A stretch of DNA of 35,683 bases from an uncultured Anaerolineaceae bacterium (GCA_964629105.1 CAZVPS010000003.1:1-35683), one strand, 5' to 3'. Counted from the stretch's first letter, positions 8,328 through 17,998 are shown. Made by a program: numbers and translations. The notes: a model not told the origin generated them from the letters alone.

Positions 8328-9701
8328 CTAGAGCATCTTGCCGGGGTTGAGGATCCCCAGCGGATCGAGGGCTGCCTTGATGGCCCGCATGGCGCGGACC
8401 GCGTCGGCGCCCCGCGTCGCCTCCAGCCAGGCCTTCTTCACCACGCCGATCCCGTGCTCGCCCGTCACCGAGCCGCCGAGCGCCAGCGTGGCGTGGTAGA
8501 GGTCGTCCTGGGCCTCCCGGAGCCGCGAGGCGCCGGTCGGGTCCTCGCGGTCGAAGACGAAGGACGGGTGGAGGTTGCCGTCGCCGGCGTGCCCGAAGAC
8601 GCCGATCCGGAGGCCGCGCCGGTCGCCGATCTCGTGGATGGCACGGAGGAGGTCGGGGACGCGGCTCCGCGGCACCACCACGTCCTCCATCCGGCTCACG
8701 CCCATCGCGTCGAGCGCCCAATGGGCCATCCGGCGGCCCTGGCGGAGCATGTCGGCCTCCGCCGCGTCCTGGGCCCGGACGAGGAGCCCCGCCCCCGCGG
8801 CCGCGCAGGCCCGTTCGGCGCGGTCGAGCTCCTCCACCGCCGGAGCCCCGGGAAGGTCCGACTCGACGAGGAGCATCGCGGCGGCGGTCTCGTCGAGGCC
8901 CAGGGTGTACGCCGCGTTGACGGCGCGGATCGTGAAGGCGTCCATCAGCTCGAGCGTGCACGGCTGCACCCCGTCGCGGACCATCCCGGCCACCGCCTCG
9001 CCGGACGCCTCGATCGTCGGGAAGAAGGCCAGGAGCGTCTGCTTGGGGGCCGGCATCGGGATGAGGCGCAGCGTCGCCTCGGTGATGACCCCCAGCGTTC
9101 CCATGCTGCCCACGAAGAGGCCGGCCAGGTCGTAGCCCGCGACGTCCTTCACGTTGCGGCCGCCGGTCCGGATGACGGCGCCGTCGGCGAGGACCACCTC
9201 GAGGCCGAGGACCGCATCGCGCGTCACGCCGTACTTCACGCAGCAGAGGCCACCGGAGTTCGTGGCCAGGTTCCCGCCGATCGTGCACGTCTCGTAGCTC
9301 GCGGGATCCGGCGCGTAGAGGAGGCCGTGGGCGGCCACCGCCTGCTTGAGGTCGGCGTTGACGACGCCCGGCTGGACGACGACGACCCGGTTCTCCTCGT
9401 CGATCTCCAGAACCCGGTTCATCCGCATGAGCGAGATCGTGAGGCCGCCCGCCACGGCGATCGCCCCGCCGGAGAGGCTGGTGCCGGCGCCGCGTGGGAC
9501 GAGGGGGACCCGGTGGGCGGCGGCAAGACGGACGATCCCGGACACCTCCGCCGTCGACGCGGGAAACGCGACGGCGAGCGGCAGGGGCGGCTCCAGGTGG
9601 GCCGTCTCGTCGCGCCGGTGCGCCTCGCGGTCCGAGGCGTCGGTGGTCAGCCGGAGATCCGGGAGGGCCGCGGCGAGGATGTCGAGGAACGGGGCCGTCA
9701 T
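8328..9701 (-). CDS. FAD-binding oxidoreductase, GlcD/D-lactate dehydrogenase family
   Basis: Motifs PRGAGTSLSGG, PDPAS...TIGGNLATNSGG...KYG, GHAGDGNLH, GEHGIG, DPLGILNPGK. 457 aa. Confidence 0.92.
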   Translation of the reverse strand: MTAPFLDILAAALPDLRLTTDASDREAHRRDETAHLEPPLPLAVAFPASTAEVSGIVRLAAAHRVPLVPRGAGTSLSGGAIAVAGGLTISLMRMNRVLEIDEENRVVVVQPGVVNADLKQAVAAHGLLYAPDPASYETCTIGGNLATNSGGLCCVKYGVTRDAVLGLEVVLADGAVIRTGGRNVKDVAGYDLAGLFVGSMGTLGVITEATLRLIPMPAPKQTLLAFFPTIEASGEAVAGMVRDGVQPCTLELMDAFTIRAVNAAYTLGLDETAAAMLLVESDLPGAPAVEELDRAERACAAAGAGLLVRAQDAAEADMLRQGRRMAHWALDAMGVSRMEDVVVPRSRVPDLLRAIHEIGDRRGLRIGVFGHAGDGNLHPSFVFDREDPTGASRLREAQDDLYHATLALGGSVTGEHGIGVVKKAWLEATRGADAVRAMRAIKAALDPLGILNPGKML

Positions 9702-9718
9702 GGCTCCGCCGGCGCCTC

Positions 9719-10432
9719 CTAGCGCTCGCCCGTCCGGCGGCCGACGATCCACCACGCCACGGGGAAGGCGATCCCCGCCAGGGCGAGCTTGAGCAGGTCC
9801 CCGAAGACGAACGGGGCGAGGCCCTTTCCGATCGCCGTCTCGAGATCGAACCCGGCCGCGGCCATCAGCCAGGGGATCCCGACGAGATAGATGGCGAGGT
9901 TGCCGACGAGCATCGCCACGACCGCGCCGCCGACGTGGCGGTCCCAGCCCAGCTCGGCCAGCCGTCCCACGACCGCGCCCGCCAGCAGGAAGCCCAGCAG
10001 GTAGCCCCCGGTGGCGCCCAGGACCCAGCGTCCGCCCTCGCGGCCGAGGTAGGTGTCGAGGCCCGAGGAACTGCCGGCGTAGACGGGAAGGAAGAGGCCG
10101 ACCACGAGGTAGAGGGCGACGGCGAGGACGCCGCGGCGGAAGCCCAGGGCGCCGCCGACCAGGAGGACGGAGAACGTCTGGGCGGTGATCGGCACGGGCG
10201 AGGTCGGCAGCGTGACCCGGACGTCGCCCGGGAGGAGGATCGTCTGGCCCTCCAGGACGAGCTGGACGTTCGCCGCCAGGGCGATGAGCACGGCCCCGGT
10301 CACGACGAGGGCGATGTGCCGCGCCCGGGTGCTGAGCCGCTCGCCGACGGCGATCGGAACCAGGAAGTCGCCGATCGTGATCCCTCGCTCGGCGGCGGGC
10401 AGCCGGTTGAGGCGCTCGGTCGCGAGTGACAT
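9719..10432 (-). CDS. bioY: Biotin transporter BioY (ECF S-component)
   Basis: Motifs PVPITAQTF, LPVYAG, GATGGYLLGF, PFVFGDLLK, with multiple hydrophobic helices. Confidence 0.92.
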   Translation of the reverse strand: MSLATERLNRLPAAERGITIGDFLVPIAVGERLSTRARHIALVVTGAVLIALAANVQLVLEGQTILLPGDVRVTLPTSPVPITAQTFSVLLVGGALGFRRGVLAVALYLVVGLFLPVYAGSSSGLDTYLGREGGRWVLGATGGYLLGFLLAGAVVGRLAELGWDRHVGGAVVAMLVGNLAIYLVGIPWLMAAAGFDLETAIGKGLAPFVFGDLLKLALAGIAFPVAWWIVGRRTGER

Positions 10433-10477
10433 CGAGTGGGCACGCTCCCCGTGGGCGGCCGACGGCCGCGGTGCGCG

Positions 10478-10486
10478 GAGTCTACC
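10478..10486 (-). promoter_or_regulatory. Putative extended -10 promoter (TGGTAGACT) of bioY
   Basis: Minus-strand TGnTAGACT about 45 nt upstream of the ATG at 10432. Coordinates are approximate to 1 bp. Confidence 0.45.
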
Positions 10487-10504
10487 AGCGCGCGGGCGCG
10501 CGTC

Positions 10505-13018
10505 TCACTCGCGCACCAGGGTCCGGACGATCTCCACGCGGGCGGCAAGGCGGGCCGGGTAGAGGGCCGCCAGGATCGCCAGGATCAGGCCCCCGCCGAG
10601 AGCGAAGCCGGCCACCACCCACGGCGGCTGGAAGGGGATTGCGGCGCCACTTGCCAGGAGCACGAGGGCGGCGCCCGCGAGGAGCCCGGCGACGGCGCCC
10701 ATGAGCGCACCGACGAACCCGAGGATCGCGGCCTCGAGCACCACCAGGCGCCACGCCTGGCGCCGGGTGAGGCCGGTGGCACGGAGGAGCGCCAGCTCGC
10801 GGACCCGCTCGAGGACGTTCATCGCCAGCGTGTTGACGATGCCCAGGACCGCGACGAGGACGGCGACCGCCGCAAGTGCCGCCAGGAGCGCCGCCCGGCG
10901 ATCGATCGACGCGCCGATCGCCCCGGCCGCCTGGCCAAGGGTCGCCGGCTCCAGGGCAAAGCTCCGGGCGACAGCCTCAACGGCCGGCCGCGCCGTCGCT
11001 TCCTGGCCGGGCGTGAAGCGGACGGCGAACGCGTCGGCGCCCAGCACGCCGAGCCGTTCCGTCGCATCACGCCAGCCGACGAGGATCGCCTCGCCGACGG
11101 CGCCGGGGATCGTCCGCTCGGCGATCGCGACCACCGTGAGATCGATCGAGCCGATCCCGACGAGGGTCGACCCGACCGTGATCCCGCGCCGATCGGCCAG
11201 GCTCCGCGGCACGATCGCCGCCCCCCCCGCGTCGAGCCTCGCGAACACCGCGTTGCGGTCGCCCGCCACGAGGGGCAGGCGCGCGTCCGCAAGCAGATCG
11301 GCACCAACCACGGCGACGGCGTCGGTCCGAATCCCTTCGAGCGCGATCGAGAAGCGGCCAAGGGGGCTCACCCGGGCTACGCCCGGGACCGCGGCGATCT
11401 CGGCGACCGCCGGTTCGTCCGCGGCGACCGGCCGGATGGACGTGACGAGCAGCTGGCCGGGAACCACTTCCTCGAGCCACGCGGTGGCGGCCTGGCGGGT
11501 GGAGTCGGCGACGCCGGCGAGGGCGACGAGGACGGCGAGCGACACGGCGAGCGCCCCCACGGTCAGCGCCGTCCGGCTCCGGTCGCGGGTGAGCGAGCCG
11601 CGGGTCAGGCGCTCCTCCGCGGGCAGGAACGGCCTGGCGAGGAGCCCTGCGACCCGCCCGAGCGGGCCGGTGACGAACGACGAGACGAGAGCGACCCCCA
11701 GCAGGATCGCGAAGACGGCCAGCGGACGGACCAGGCCCGGGCGACCCGTCGCGGCGCCGGGCCACAGGAGAAGCCCCACGACCCCGACGACGGCGAAGAC
11801 CAGGAGGAGCCAGCGGAGCCGGGCGCGGAGGACGGCCGCCTGGTCCGCCCGGAGCCGGAGCGCGACCATCGGCGAGATGCCGCCCGCTCGGAGCGCCGGC
11901 TCGACCGCTGCCGCCAGCGTCACCACGAGGCCCAGGAGAACCCCCAGCGCCAGCGCCCCGGGCGGCACGGACAGCTCGCCGAGCGGCACCCCGCCGGGTC
12001 CCGTGAGCAGCGCCATGGCCCCGGCCGCCATCGCGATGCCGGCCAGCGCGCCAAGGACGTCTCCGACGACGCCGAGGTGCGCGGCCGAGAGAAGGATCAT
12101 GAGCGTCACCTGGCGACGGGTCATCCCCGCCGCCCGGAGGAGCCCGACGTCGCGGGTGCGCTCGGCGACCGTCATCGAGAGCGTGTTGAAGATCAGGAAC
12201 GCACCGCCGAAGAGCGTGACGGCGGCGACGAGGGCGATCGCGACCCGGATGTCGGCGGTCGCCGCCTCCATGCCGGCCGCCACGTCGGCGGGCGTGCTGA
12301 TCGTGTACGGCTCGCTCCTGAGGCGCTCCTCCAACCTCGCGATGACGATCGCTCCCGCGGTTCCGTCCACAAGCAGGACCTCAACTGCGGTCACATGGTC
12401 GGTGGCGAACAGGGTTTGCGCCGCCTCCAGGGGCACGACGACGCTCCGACCCGCCGGGTCGGGATCGGCGACGGACGGGGCAAGGACGCCGACCACCCGG
12501 AAGCCGGTGGGGGCCGCGGCCGGGTCGCCGAGGAGCGTGATCGTGTCCCCGACCACGAGGCCGTTCTCGCGGGCGAGGGTCGCCGATACGAGCGCCCCGT
12601 GGTCGTCGCCCGTGCCCAGCGGCGCCCCGGCCGTGAGCGGCCGATCGTGGATCGCCGGATCGGCGGCACGTTCCACGCCGACGACCGTCACCGGCGCGGG
12701 CAGCGCCGCGCTGGCCCGGTCCGGCAGCGGGTACGTCCGGCGCTCCAGGGTCGGGCCGACCGTCGCCACGCCGGTCGTCGTGGCGATCACGGCCACCGTG
12801 GCCGCGGACAGCCCACTCTCCTCGAAGGCCGCCACCCGCATGTCGGCGCGACCCATGATCTCGCGGACGCTGCGGTCGACGGCCGAGTCGAGGGCCGCGT
12901 TGAGGACCAGGGCGGCGACGAGAACCCCCGTCCCGAGGGCGATGCCGAGGACGGTCAGGGCAGTCCGCAGGGGCCGGGCGAGCAGGCTCCGGCGCGCCAG
13001 CCAGTTCGAGAGGCGCAC
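10505..13018 (-). CDS. ABC transporter permease, MacB/FtsX family (duplicated MacB-PCD + FtsX)
   Basis: Motifs RPLRTALTVLGIALG, IFNTLSMTVAERTRDVGLLRAAG, NTLAMNVLERVRELALLRATG, YPARLAAR. GTG 13018 lies directly after the ATPase stop. Confidence 0.92.
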   Translation of the reverse strand: MRLSNWLARRSLLARPLRTALTVLGIALGTGVLVAALVLNAALDSAVDRSVREIMGRADMRVAAFEESGLSAATVAVIATTTGVATVGPTLERRTYPLPDRASAALPAPVTVVGVERAADPAIHDRPLTAGAPLGTGDDHGALVSATLARENGLVVGDTITLLGDPAAAPTGFRVVGVLAPSVADPDPAGRSVVVPLEAAQTLFATDHVTAVEVLLVDGTAGAIVIARLEERLRSEPYTISTPADVAAGMEAATADIRVAIALVAAVTLFGGAFLIFNTLSMTVAERTRDVGLLRAAGMTRRQVTLMILLSAAHLGVVGDVLGALAGIAMAAGAMALLTGPGGVPLGELSVPPGALALGVLLGLVVTLAAAVEPALRAGGISPMVALRLRADQAAVLRARLRWLLLVFAVVGVVGLLLWPGAATGRPGLVRPLAVFAILLGVALVSSFVTGPLGRVAGLLARPFLPAEERLTRGSLTRDRSRTALTVGALAVSLAVLVALAGVADSTRQAATAWLEEVVPGQLLVTSIRPVAADEPAVAEIAAVPGVARVSPLGRFSIALEGIRTDAVAVVGADLLADARLPLVAGDRNAVFARLDAGGAAIVPRSLADRRGITVGSTLVGIGSIDLTVVAIAERTIPGAVGEAILVGWRDATERLGVLGADAFAVRFTPGQEATARPAVEAVARSFALEPATLGQAAGAIGASIDRRAALLAALAAVAVLVAVLGIVNTLAMNVLERVRELALLRATGLTRRQAWRLVVLEAAILGFVGALMGAVAGLLAGAALVLLASGAAIPFQPPWVVAGFALGGGLILAILAALYPARLAARVEIVRTLVRE

Positions 13019-13020
13019 GG

Positions 13021-13773
13021 CTAGAGACCCAGCGCGGCGAGGCGGACGATGAGCGGGCCCGCGGCGTGGTCCGCGCGGCGCCCCAGGACGATCTCGTCGA
13101 GGACCGTGCCGTCGCGAAGGACGAGGACCCGGTCGGCGTGGGCGGCGGCCTTGGCGTCGTGGGTGACCAGCACCACGGTCTGGCCCAGCTCCGCGCACAG
13201 GCGCCAGAGCATGTCAAGGATCTCGGTACCGGTCGCGTAGTCCAGGTTGCCGGTCGGCTCGTCCGCCAGCAACAGGGCCGGGCGATGGACGAGCGCCCGG
13301 GCAAGGGCGACGCGCTGCTGCTCGCCGCCCGACAGCTGGTCCGGGCGGTGGTTCTGCAAGTCGGCCAGGTCGACCGCCTCGAGCATCTCCCGGATCGCCG
13401 CCGCTTCTTCGCGCCCGCCCGGGTCGCGGCCCGCCACGATGAACGGCAGGGCGACGTTCTCGCGCACCGAGAGAATCGGGACCAGGTTGAAGAACTGGAA
13501 CACGAAGCCGGTCTTCTCACGGCGCAGCTTCGTCGCGGCGTCGTCGCTGAGACGGCTCACCGCCACACCGTCAAGGATCACCTCGCCGGAGGTGGGCTGG
13601 TCAAGGCAGCCAAGGATGTGGAGGAGCGTGCTCTTGCCGGAGCCCGACGGCCCCATCACGGCCACGAACTCACCGCGCTCGACCGCCAGTGACACGCCAC
13701 GGACGGCGTTGACATCCGCGGCGGCCATGCCGTAGGTCCGGACGACGTCGCGCGCCTCGAGGATGGGCGGCAT
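13021..13773 (-). CDS. ABC transporter ATP-binding protein (LolD/MacB type)
   Basis: Walker [42 protein letters not shown], and TGCTACACT extended -10 further upstream. Confidence 0.95.
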   Translation of the reverse strand: MPPILEARDVVRTYGMAAADVNAVRGVSLAVERGEFVAVMGPSGSGKSTLLHILGCLDQPTSGEVILDGVAVSRLSDDAATKLRREKTGFVFQFFNLVPILSVRENVALPFIVAGRDPGGREEAAAIREMLEAVDLADLQNHRPDQLSGGEQQRVALARALVHRPALLLADEPTGNLDYATGTEILDMLWRLCAELGQTVVLVTHDAKAAAHADRVLVLRDGTVLDEIVLGRRADHAAGPLIVRLAALGL

Positions 13774-13873
13774 CAGGCAGCTCCTCCGAGCGACGCGGCG
13801 TGGGGACCAATCACCGCGGCCCGAGTGTAGCACCGGCGCAGGTCGCGATCGACCGCCGCCAGGGCTGGTGCCG

Positions 13874-14893
13874 TCAGGTGCCGAACAGGAACCGGAAGAT
13901 CGCGTCGATCAGGCCGTCCAGCAGGCCGGCGGCCGGGGCGGGAACCGAGGCGGGTTCGATGACCCGGTACGACCGGTCCGGCGACGGAATGTCAACGTGC
14001 GGCGCGTTGTCCTCCGGCTCGCTCCGGAAGGGCGGCTCGGGTGTCGGCGTGGGCGTGGGTTCCGGTGTCGGCGTCGGCGTGGGGGTCGGGGTCGGGGTGG
14101 GTGCCGGTGTCGGCGTCGGCGTGGGCTTCGCAGTCGGGGCCGCAGTGGGGGCCGCCGTCGGTGTCGGCCGCGGTGTCGGCCGCGGTGTCGGCCGCGGTGT
14201 CGGCTTGGGGGTGGGCTTCGGGGTGGGGCGCGCGGTCGGGGCCGCGGTGGGTGCCGCGCTGGGGCCGGCGGTCGGGGTCGGGGTCGGGGTCGGGGTCGGC
14301 TTCGGCGTCGGCGTCGGGGTGGGCTTCGGGGTGGGCTTCGGGGTGGGGACCGCCGCGCCTCCGCACTTGTCGGCGAAGAGAACCGTGAACATCTTCTTGT
14401 CGGTGTCGCCCTTGTAGGCACCGATCCCGATCACGTCCCATGCCCTGCCAACGATGTTGGAGCGGTGCCCCGGCGAGTTCATGAACATCACTTGGACGCC
14501 CTGCGCGGCTGTGTCGTCCGGGCCGGTGATCCAGCCGATGTTCTCCCCGGCCACGTTGAAGCAGTAACCCTTCTCCTGCAGGACGTCGAAGACGCTGCCG
14601 GTCCCCGGGATGTCGTGGCTGAAGTAGTCGCGGACGATCATGTCCTTGCTGCGCCAGCGGGCGATCGAGGTCAGGGTTGAATCGAGCCTGAGAGCGGGAA
14701 CGCCGGCGACTGCGCGCGCCTGGTTGGTCAGCTGGACCAGCTCGGCCTCCGCTGCGGCGTCCCACGCTGCGGCGTCCCACGCGGCGACCGGGGCCGGCAG
14801 CGCGAAGACGCCGACGGTGGTGGCCAGGAAGGCGGCCCCGACGAGCGCCACGAGGCCGCTCAGCGGCGATCGGCGGTGGATGGGGTACGTCAC
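13874..14893 (-). CDS. Secreted CAP/SCP (YkwD-like) domain protein with a long Pro-Thr tail
   Basis: Signal peptide, then [30 protein letters not shown], followed by PT/PK repeats. Confidence 0.9.
   Translation of the reverse strand: MTYPIHRRSPLSGLVALVGAAFLATTVGVFALPAPVAAWDAAAWDAAAEAELVQLTNQARAVAGVPALRLDSTLTSIARWRSKDMIVRDYFSHDIPGTGSVFDVLQEKGYCFNVAGENIGWITGPDDTAAQGVQVMFMNSPGHRSNIVGRAWDVIGIGAYKGDTDKKMFTVLFADKCGGAAVPTPKPTPKPTPTPTPKPTPTPTPTPTAGPSAAPTAAPTARPTPKPTPKPTPRPTPRPTPRPTPTAAPTAAPTAKPTPTPTPAPTPTPTPTPTPTPEPTPTPTPEPPFRSEPEDNAPHVDIPSPDRSYRVIEPASVPAPAAGLLDGLIDAIFRFLFGT
14038..14350 (-). repeat. Low-complexity Pro-Thr/Lys/Arg coding repeats inside the CAP gene
   Basis: Tandem 6-bp and 12-bp units encoding [20 protein letters not shown] and PTPTPT. 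Confidence 0.9.
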
Positions 14894-15072
14894 GCCTGAA
14901 CCGTACCGCTCGGCCCCGCCGGGTTCCGTCGCCCGATGGTCCCGGACGGGTGCCAGACGGTAGTCCGGACAAGGTCCCGGCGGAGCCCGCGGGCGGTGCC
15001 GCGAACCGTACCCAACGCGATGCCGGGAGGCCGCCCGCCCGCCGCGGGCCGCGGCGGCGTACTCTTCCGGGC

Positions 15073-15594
15073 ATGGACGCTGGATTCGTCGCGCTCTTCC
15101 GCCACCACGCGTGGGCCACCGACCGCCTCCTCGCCGCCTGTGAGGGGCTCCCGGAGGAGCACCTGGAGTTCGTGACCCAGGGCACCTACGGCGGGCTCGG
15201 CTCCACGCTGCGCCACCTCGTCGAGGCCGAGGAGCGCTACGTCTCGCGCCTCCGCGGGGAGGGCGAGCGGCCCGGGCCCGCGCCCAACCAGCCCGACCCG
15301 CCGTCGCCGCCCGAGGCGCTCGCGCCGTCCGTGCGCGTCCTCCGCCGGCGCGTCCGGGCCAGCGCGGAGGCCCTGGTCGAGCTCGCGGCCTCGTTCGAGC
15401 CGGACACGGTCCTTCACACCACGTTCCGGGGAGAGCCGGTCACGGTTCCCGCGATCGTCCTGTTCGCCCAGGCGCTGGACCACGGCGGCGAGCACCGGAC
15501 CCAGGTCCGCCACGCCCTGACGATCCTGGGCTATGAGCCGCCCGACATCGACGCCTGGGCCTGGGACGAGGACCTCAAGCCCGTCGAGGAATAG
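15073..15594 (+). CDS. DinB/YfiT-family metal-dependent protein
   Basis: Motifs [34 protein letters not shown] (His triad) and PPDID.W.W. ATG 15073 lies 7 nt after TACTCT. Confidence 0.88.
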   Translation: MDAGFVALFRHHAWATDRLLAACEGLPEEHLEFVTQGTYGGLGSTLRHLVEAEERYVSRLRGEGERPGPAPNQPDPPSPPEALAPSVRVLRRRVRASAEALVELAASFEPDTVLHTTFRGEPVTVPAIVLFAQALDHGGEHRTQVRHALTILGYEPPDIDAWAWDEDLKPVEE

Positions 15595-15706
15595 CGTCGC
15601 GCGCAGTGCCAGCGTGCGCAGGTCACAGGCGGCCGCGCCCCGGGAACGAGAGGACCCGCGCCGGGGACTCGACGCGGATCCGGAGCGGGAGAATCAGCCC
15701 GCGATC

Positions 15707-15874
15707 ATGCCCCCCCGCCGCAACATGCCCTCCTGGGGTCTCGACCCCACCGTCTACGGTCCGATCGAGGAGCGGGGCCAGGATACACTTGGCCATGACC
15801 GGTTCGACCAGCTCGCCAGACAGGGCGATGGGATGGCACACGATCCGCCCATGAACCCGGTCGATGCCCGGTGA
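15707..15874 (+). pseudogene. Possible gene fragment or small ORF (55 aa)
   Basis: Mostly G/C-ending codons. Y...EERGQDTLGHDRFDQLARQGDGM loosely resembles the C-terminal helices of NTPase/TPR regulators (by-eye resemblance only). Confidence 0.25.
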
Positions 15875-15912
15875 TCGCTGAGTCCCGGCGCCGGAGTCCA
15901 ACCTCCGGCCGG

Positions 15913-15942
15913 GGCGCGAATCGGCGCGAATCGGCGCGGATC
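15913..15942. repeat. 10-bp tandem repeat x3
   Basis: GGCGCGAATC GGCGCGAATC GGCGCGGATC. Confidence 0.85.
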
Positions 15943-16010
15943 TCCCTGGAGGCCTCCGAGCACCATGTTGCGGTTGCTTCCGTCGACGGCCGGACCCGGC
16001 TGGGAGCCCG

Positions 16011-16157
16011 CGCCGGGGTTCGGCACGGGCTCCGGGGCACACCACGCCGGCCTGCCGACTCGGCCGCACCGGTGCCAGCAGGGCCGTGAGTCCCGGCGGA
16101 CTCACCGGACGTCACCGGCAGCATGAAACCCCCGCCGGAACGTGCCGAACCCCGGCG
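16011..16157. repeat. Perfect 17-bp inverted repeat enclosing an internal hairpin
   Basis: CGCCGGGGTTCGGCACG (16011-16027) pairs with CGTGCCGAACCCCGGCG (16141-16157). Internal hairpin GTGAGTCC-CGGC-GGACTCAC at 16086-16105. Confidence 0.85.
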
Positions 16158-16450
16158 AACGCGGGGGGTTCCGAGCGGCAGCCGCCCCATCGTGATGCCG
16201 GGGAGACTCACCACCGCCGACGGGGGGGCCGGGAGGCGGAGAGCTCAATGCGGCGGGCGGGAACCTGCCGGGCACGGCACGCGGGCAGGGGTGGGCCCGC
16301 GGTGGGCGGCGGACCGCGTCAATGGCCGACTGCCGACCGGGTGCCCCGTGGTCGCCGGAGGCCGCAGGTCCCGTACGACGGGATTCCGCTACACTCCCCT
16401 CGCCCACGGGCTCCCCGACCGCCACGCCGGTCGGTGCGAGCGCGACGCGC

Positions 16451-16527
16451 GGTGGCCTTAGCTCAATCGGCAGAGCATCGGATTGTGGCTCCGAAGGTTA
16501 CGGGTTCAAGCCCCGTAGGCCACCCCA
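16451..16527 (+). tRNA. tRNA-His (GTG)
   Basis: Full cloverleaf: G-1, acceptor stem GTGGCCT/AGGCCAC, anticodon stem TCGGA/TCCGA with GTG at 16485-16487, TTCAAGC T-loop, C discriminator and encoded CCA. TACACT -10 at 16390-16395. Confidence 0.98.
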
Positions 16528-16534
16528 CCTTTTC

Positions 16535-16585
16535 GCACCTGGCGTCGCCGCGGGCGGCACGGCGAGTCCGCCGGGTGTCGTTTCG
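16535..16585 (+). terminator. Hairpin downstream of tRNA-His (possible terminator)
   Basis: GCACCTGGCG...CGCCGGGTGT stem with an inner TCGCCG/CGGCGA stem, followed by a short T-run. Confidence 0.45.
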
Positions 16586-16661
16586 TGGATCGACGGGGCC
16601 GCTGACCTGTCGAGGTACGAGTCAGGCCGGGCGCCCGGGGGCTGCGGCCTGGGATCCCTGC

Positions 16662-17801
16662 CTACTTCGGCGGGGCCTCTTCCGTCGGCATCTTCAGGCG
16701 GTTCTGGAACTCCTTGCCGTTGACCGTGCCCGCGCCGATCTGGTTCGGGAAGTTGACCGACCCCTGGTCCTCCGTGTCGACCCGGCCGCCCGGGGCGTTC
16801 GAGGCGTTGTCGTCCTCATCGAACGCCCTGATGGAGGCGGGCCAGTCGACGTAGCGCCGGACGAGGGCCTTCGCGTCGACCGACTTGTAGACCTTGCCCT
16901 TGCCGTAGCTGTAGCTGTTCGCGATCCGGTCGAGGAGCGGCTGGACCTTGTCGATGTAGACCGATCGCGACTCCCTCACGTGCTTCTGCTCGTGCTTTTC
17001 GAGCGCCGCGGCTGCCTTGTCGGTCACGTACCAGCCGCCTCCCTGGTCGCCCGGGGCGCTCGAGACGTAGTCGCGCTTGACGTTAACGATGCCGGTGCCC
17101 TCCATCACCCAGGCGTCGGCGTTCTCCGTGAAGCCACCCCAGTACGAGTCGTAGTCCGGGTCGACCTTCTCCATGCTGCCGGCCGGCTGGTTGCCCTTCG
17201 GGCCGGCACCGCCACCGCCCGCCCAGGCCTTCGTCCCGGTCCGACCGCCACCGGTGAACGCGTGCGGCCGCAGGTCGCCGTCCGGGTGGAGGGGGTCGAA
17301 GCCCTCGTCCGCCGCGTCGCCGAAGGGCACGGACCCCTCGCGCCCCGCGTCCTGGAACTCGCCCGCGACGGCGGCCGGCTCGGCGATGGGGAAGGGGCCG
17401 CCGCCCACCTCGACCGGCTCCTCGTCGTCCGGCGGGAGATCCCGCTCGGCGCGCTTCTCCGCCTTCTCGGCCTTGGTCGGCACCTCGCCTTCCTCGAGCG
17501 CCGGGACCTCGCCGACGAGGGATTCGGGCGAAGGCTCCGGCCCGGCCGACTCGACGGGCTCCTCCTGTCGGCCGGTGGTCGGCGCCGGGGCGGCCGGGGC
17601 GGCCGCGCTCGGGCGCGCGCGCAGCATCTGGACCACGGCCGCGTTGCCGGCCGAGCGCTGCAGGCCCAGCAACGCGCCGACCGGGACCTGGCCGGGCGCT
17701 GCCGCGCCCATTCCAGGCGCGTCCGCCCGCCCCGGGACGCGAGCAGAGTCGAGCTCGGGTTCCTCGGCGAAGGGACGCCTGACGCCCAGGTGATCGCCCA
17801 T
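16662..17801 (-). CDS. Hypothetical protein with an eCIS-effector-type LQRxxGNxAV leader, acidic/Pro linker and C-terminal HExxH domain
   Basis: LLGLQRSAGNAAVVQML (motif at 17634-17663) and LEKHEQKH (HEQKH at 16980-16994). The start is uncertain; ATG 17801 was chosen. Confidence 0.75.
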   Translation of the reverse strand: MGDHLGVRRPFAEEPELDSARVPGRADAPGMGAAAPGQVPVGALLGLQRSAGNAAVVQMLRARPSAAAPAAPAPTTGRQEEPVESAGPEPSPESLVGEVPALEEGEVPTKAEKAEKRAERDLPPDDEEPVEVGGGPFPIAEPAAVAGEFQDAGREGSVPFGDAADEGFDPLHPDGDLRPHAFTGGGRTGTKAWAGGGGAGPKGNQPAGSMEKVDPDYDSYWGGFTENADAWVMEGTGIVNVKRDYVSSAPGDQGGGWYVTDKAAAALEKHEQKHVRESRSVYIDKVQPLLDRIANSYSYGKGKVYKSVDAKALVRRYVDWPASIRAFDEDDNASNAPGGRVDTEDQGSVNFPNQIGAGTVNGKEFQNRLKMPTEEAPPK

Positions 17802-17998
17802 CGAGAAGCGATGCTGGAGACAGGTAGCCCGGATGTCAACGCCGGCGCAAGGATCTGCCCGAAGGTGCAGGCCCGGGCCCTGGCCGTGCATGGATCGCCG
17901 GGGCCGGTCGCGGCCCGCGCCCGGACGAAGGCAGCCGCACGCGAGTGATGCCGCCGCCGGTGCTGACCGCCGGCGCCTCCGCGCCTGGATGAGGGAGC

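Noticed and set aside
9719-10432. BioY without an ECF module as a novelty
   Set aside because: Solitary BioY genes are common and well described.
14038-14350. CRISPR-like or VNTR array
   Set aside because: In-frame Pro-Thr linker codons with no spacers. No cas genes in the window.
14750-14779. 15-bp tandem duplication (WDAAA x2) in the CAP gene
   Set aside because: In-frame slippage just after the signal peptide, with no evident significance.
14905-14997. c-di-AMP, c-di-GMP or ZTP riboswitch upstream of the CAP gene
   Set aside because: Only partial resemblance to ZTP (CTGGC...ACCATCGGG) with no CGCCTGGGC element. The other consensus motifs are absent.
14894-15072. LexA (SOS) box upstream of the DinB-family gene
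   Set aside because: GAAC half-sites are present but not as GAAC-N4-GTTC. DinB/YfiT-fold genes need not be SOS-regulated.
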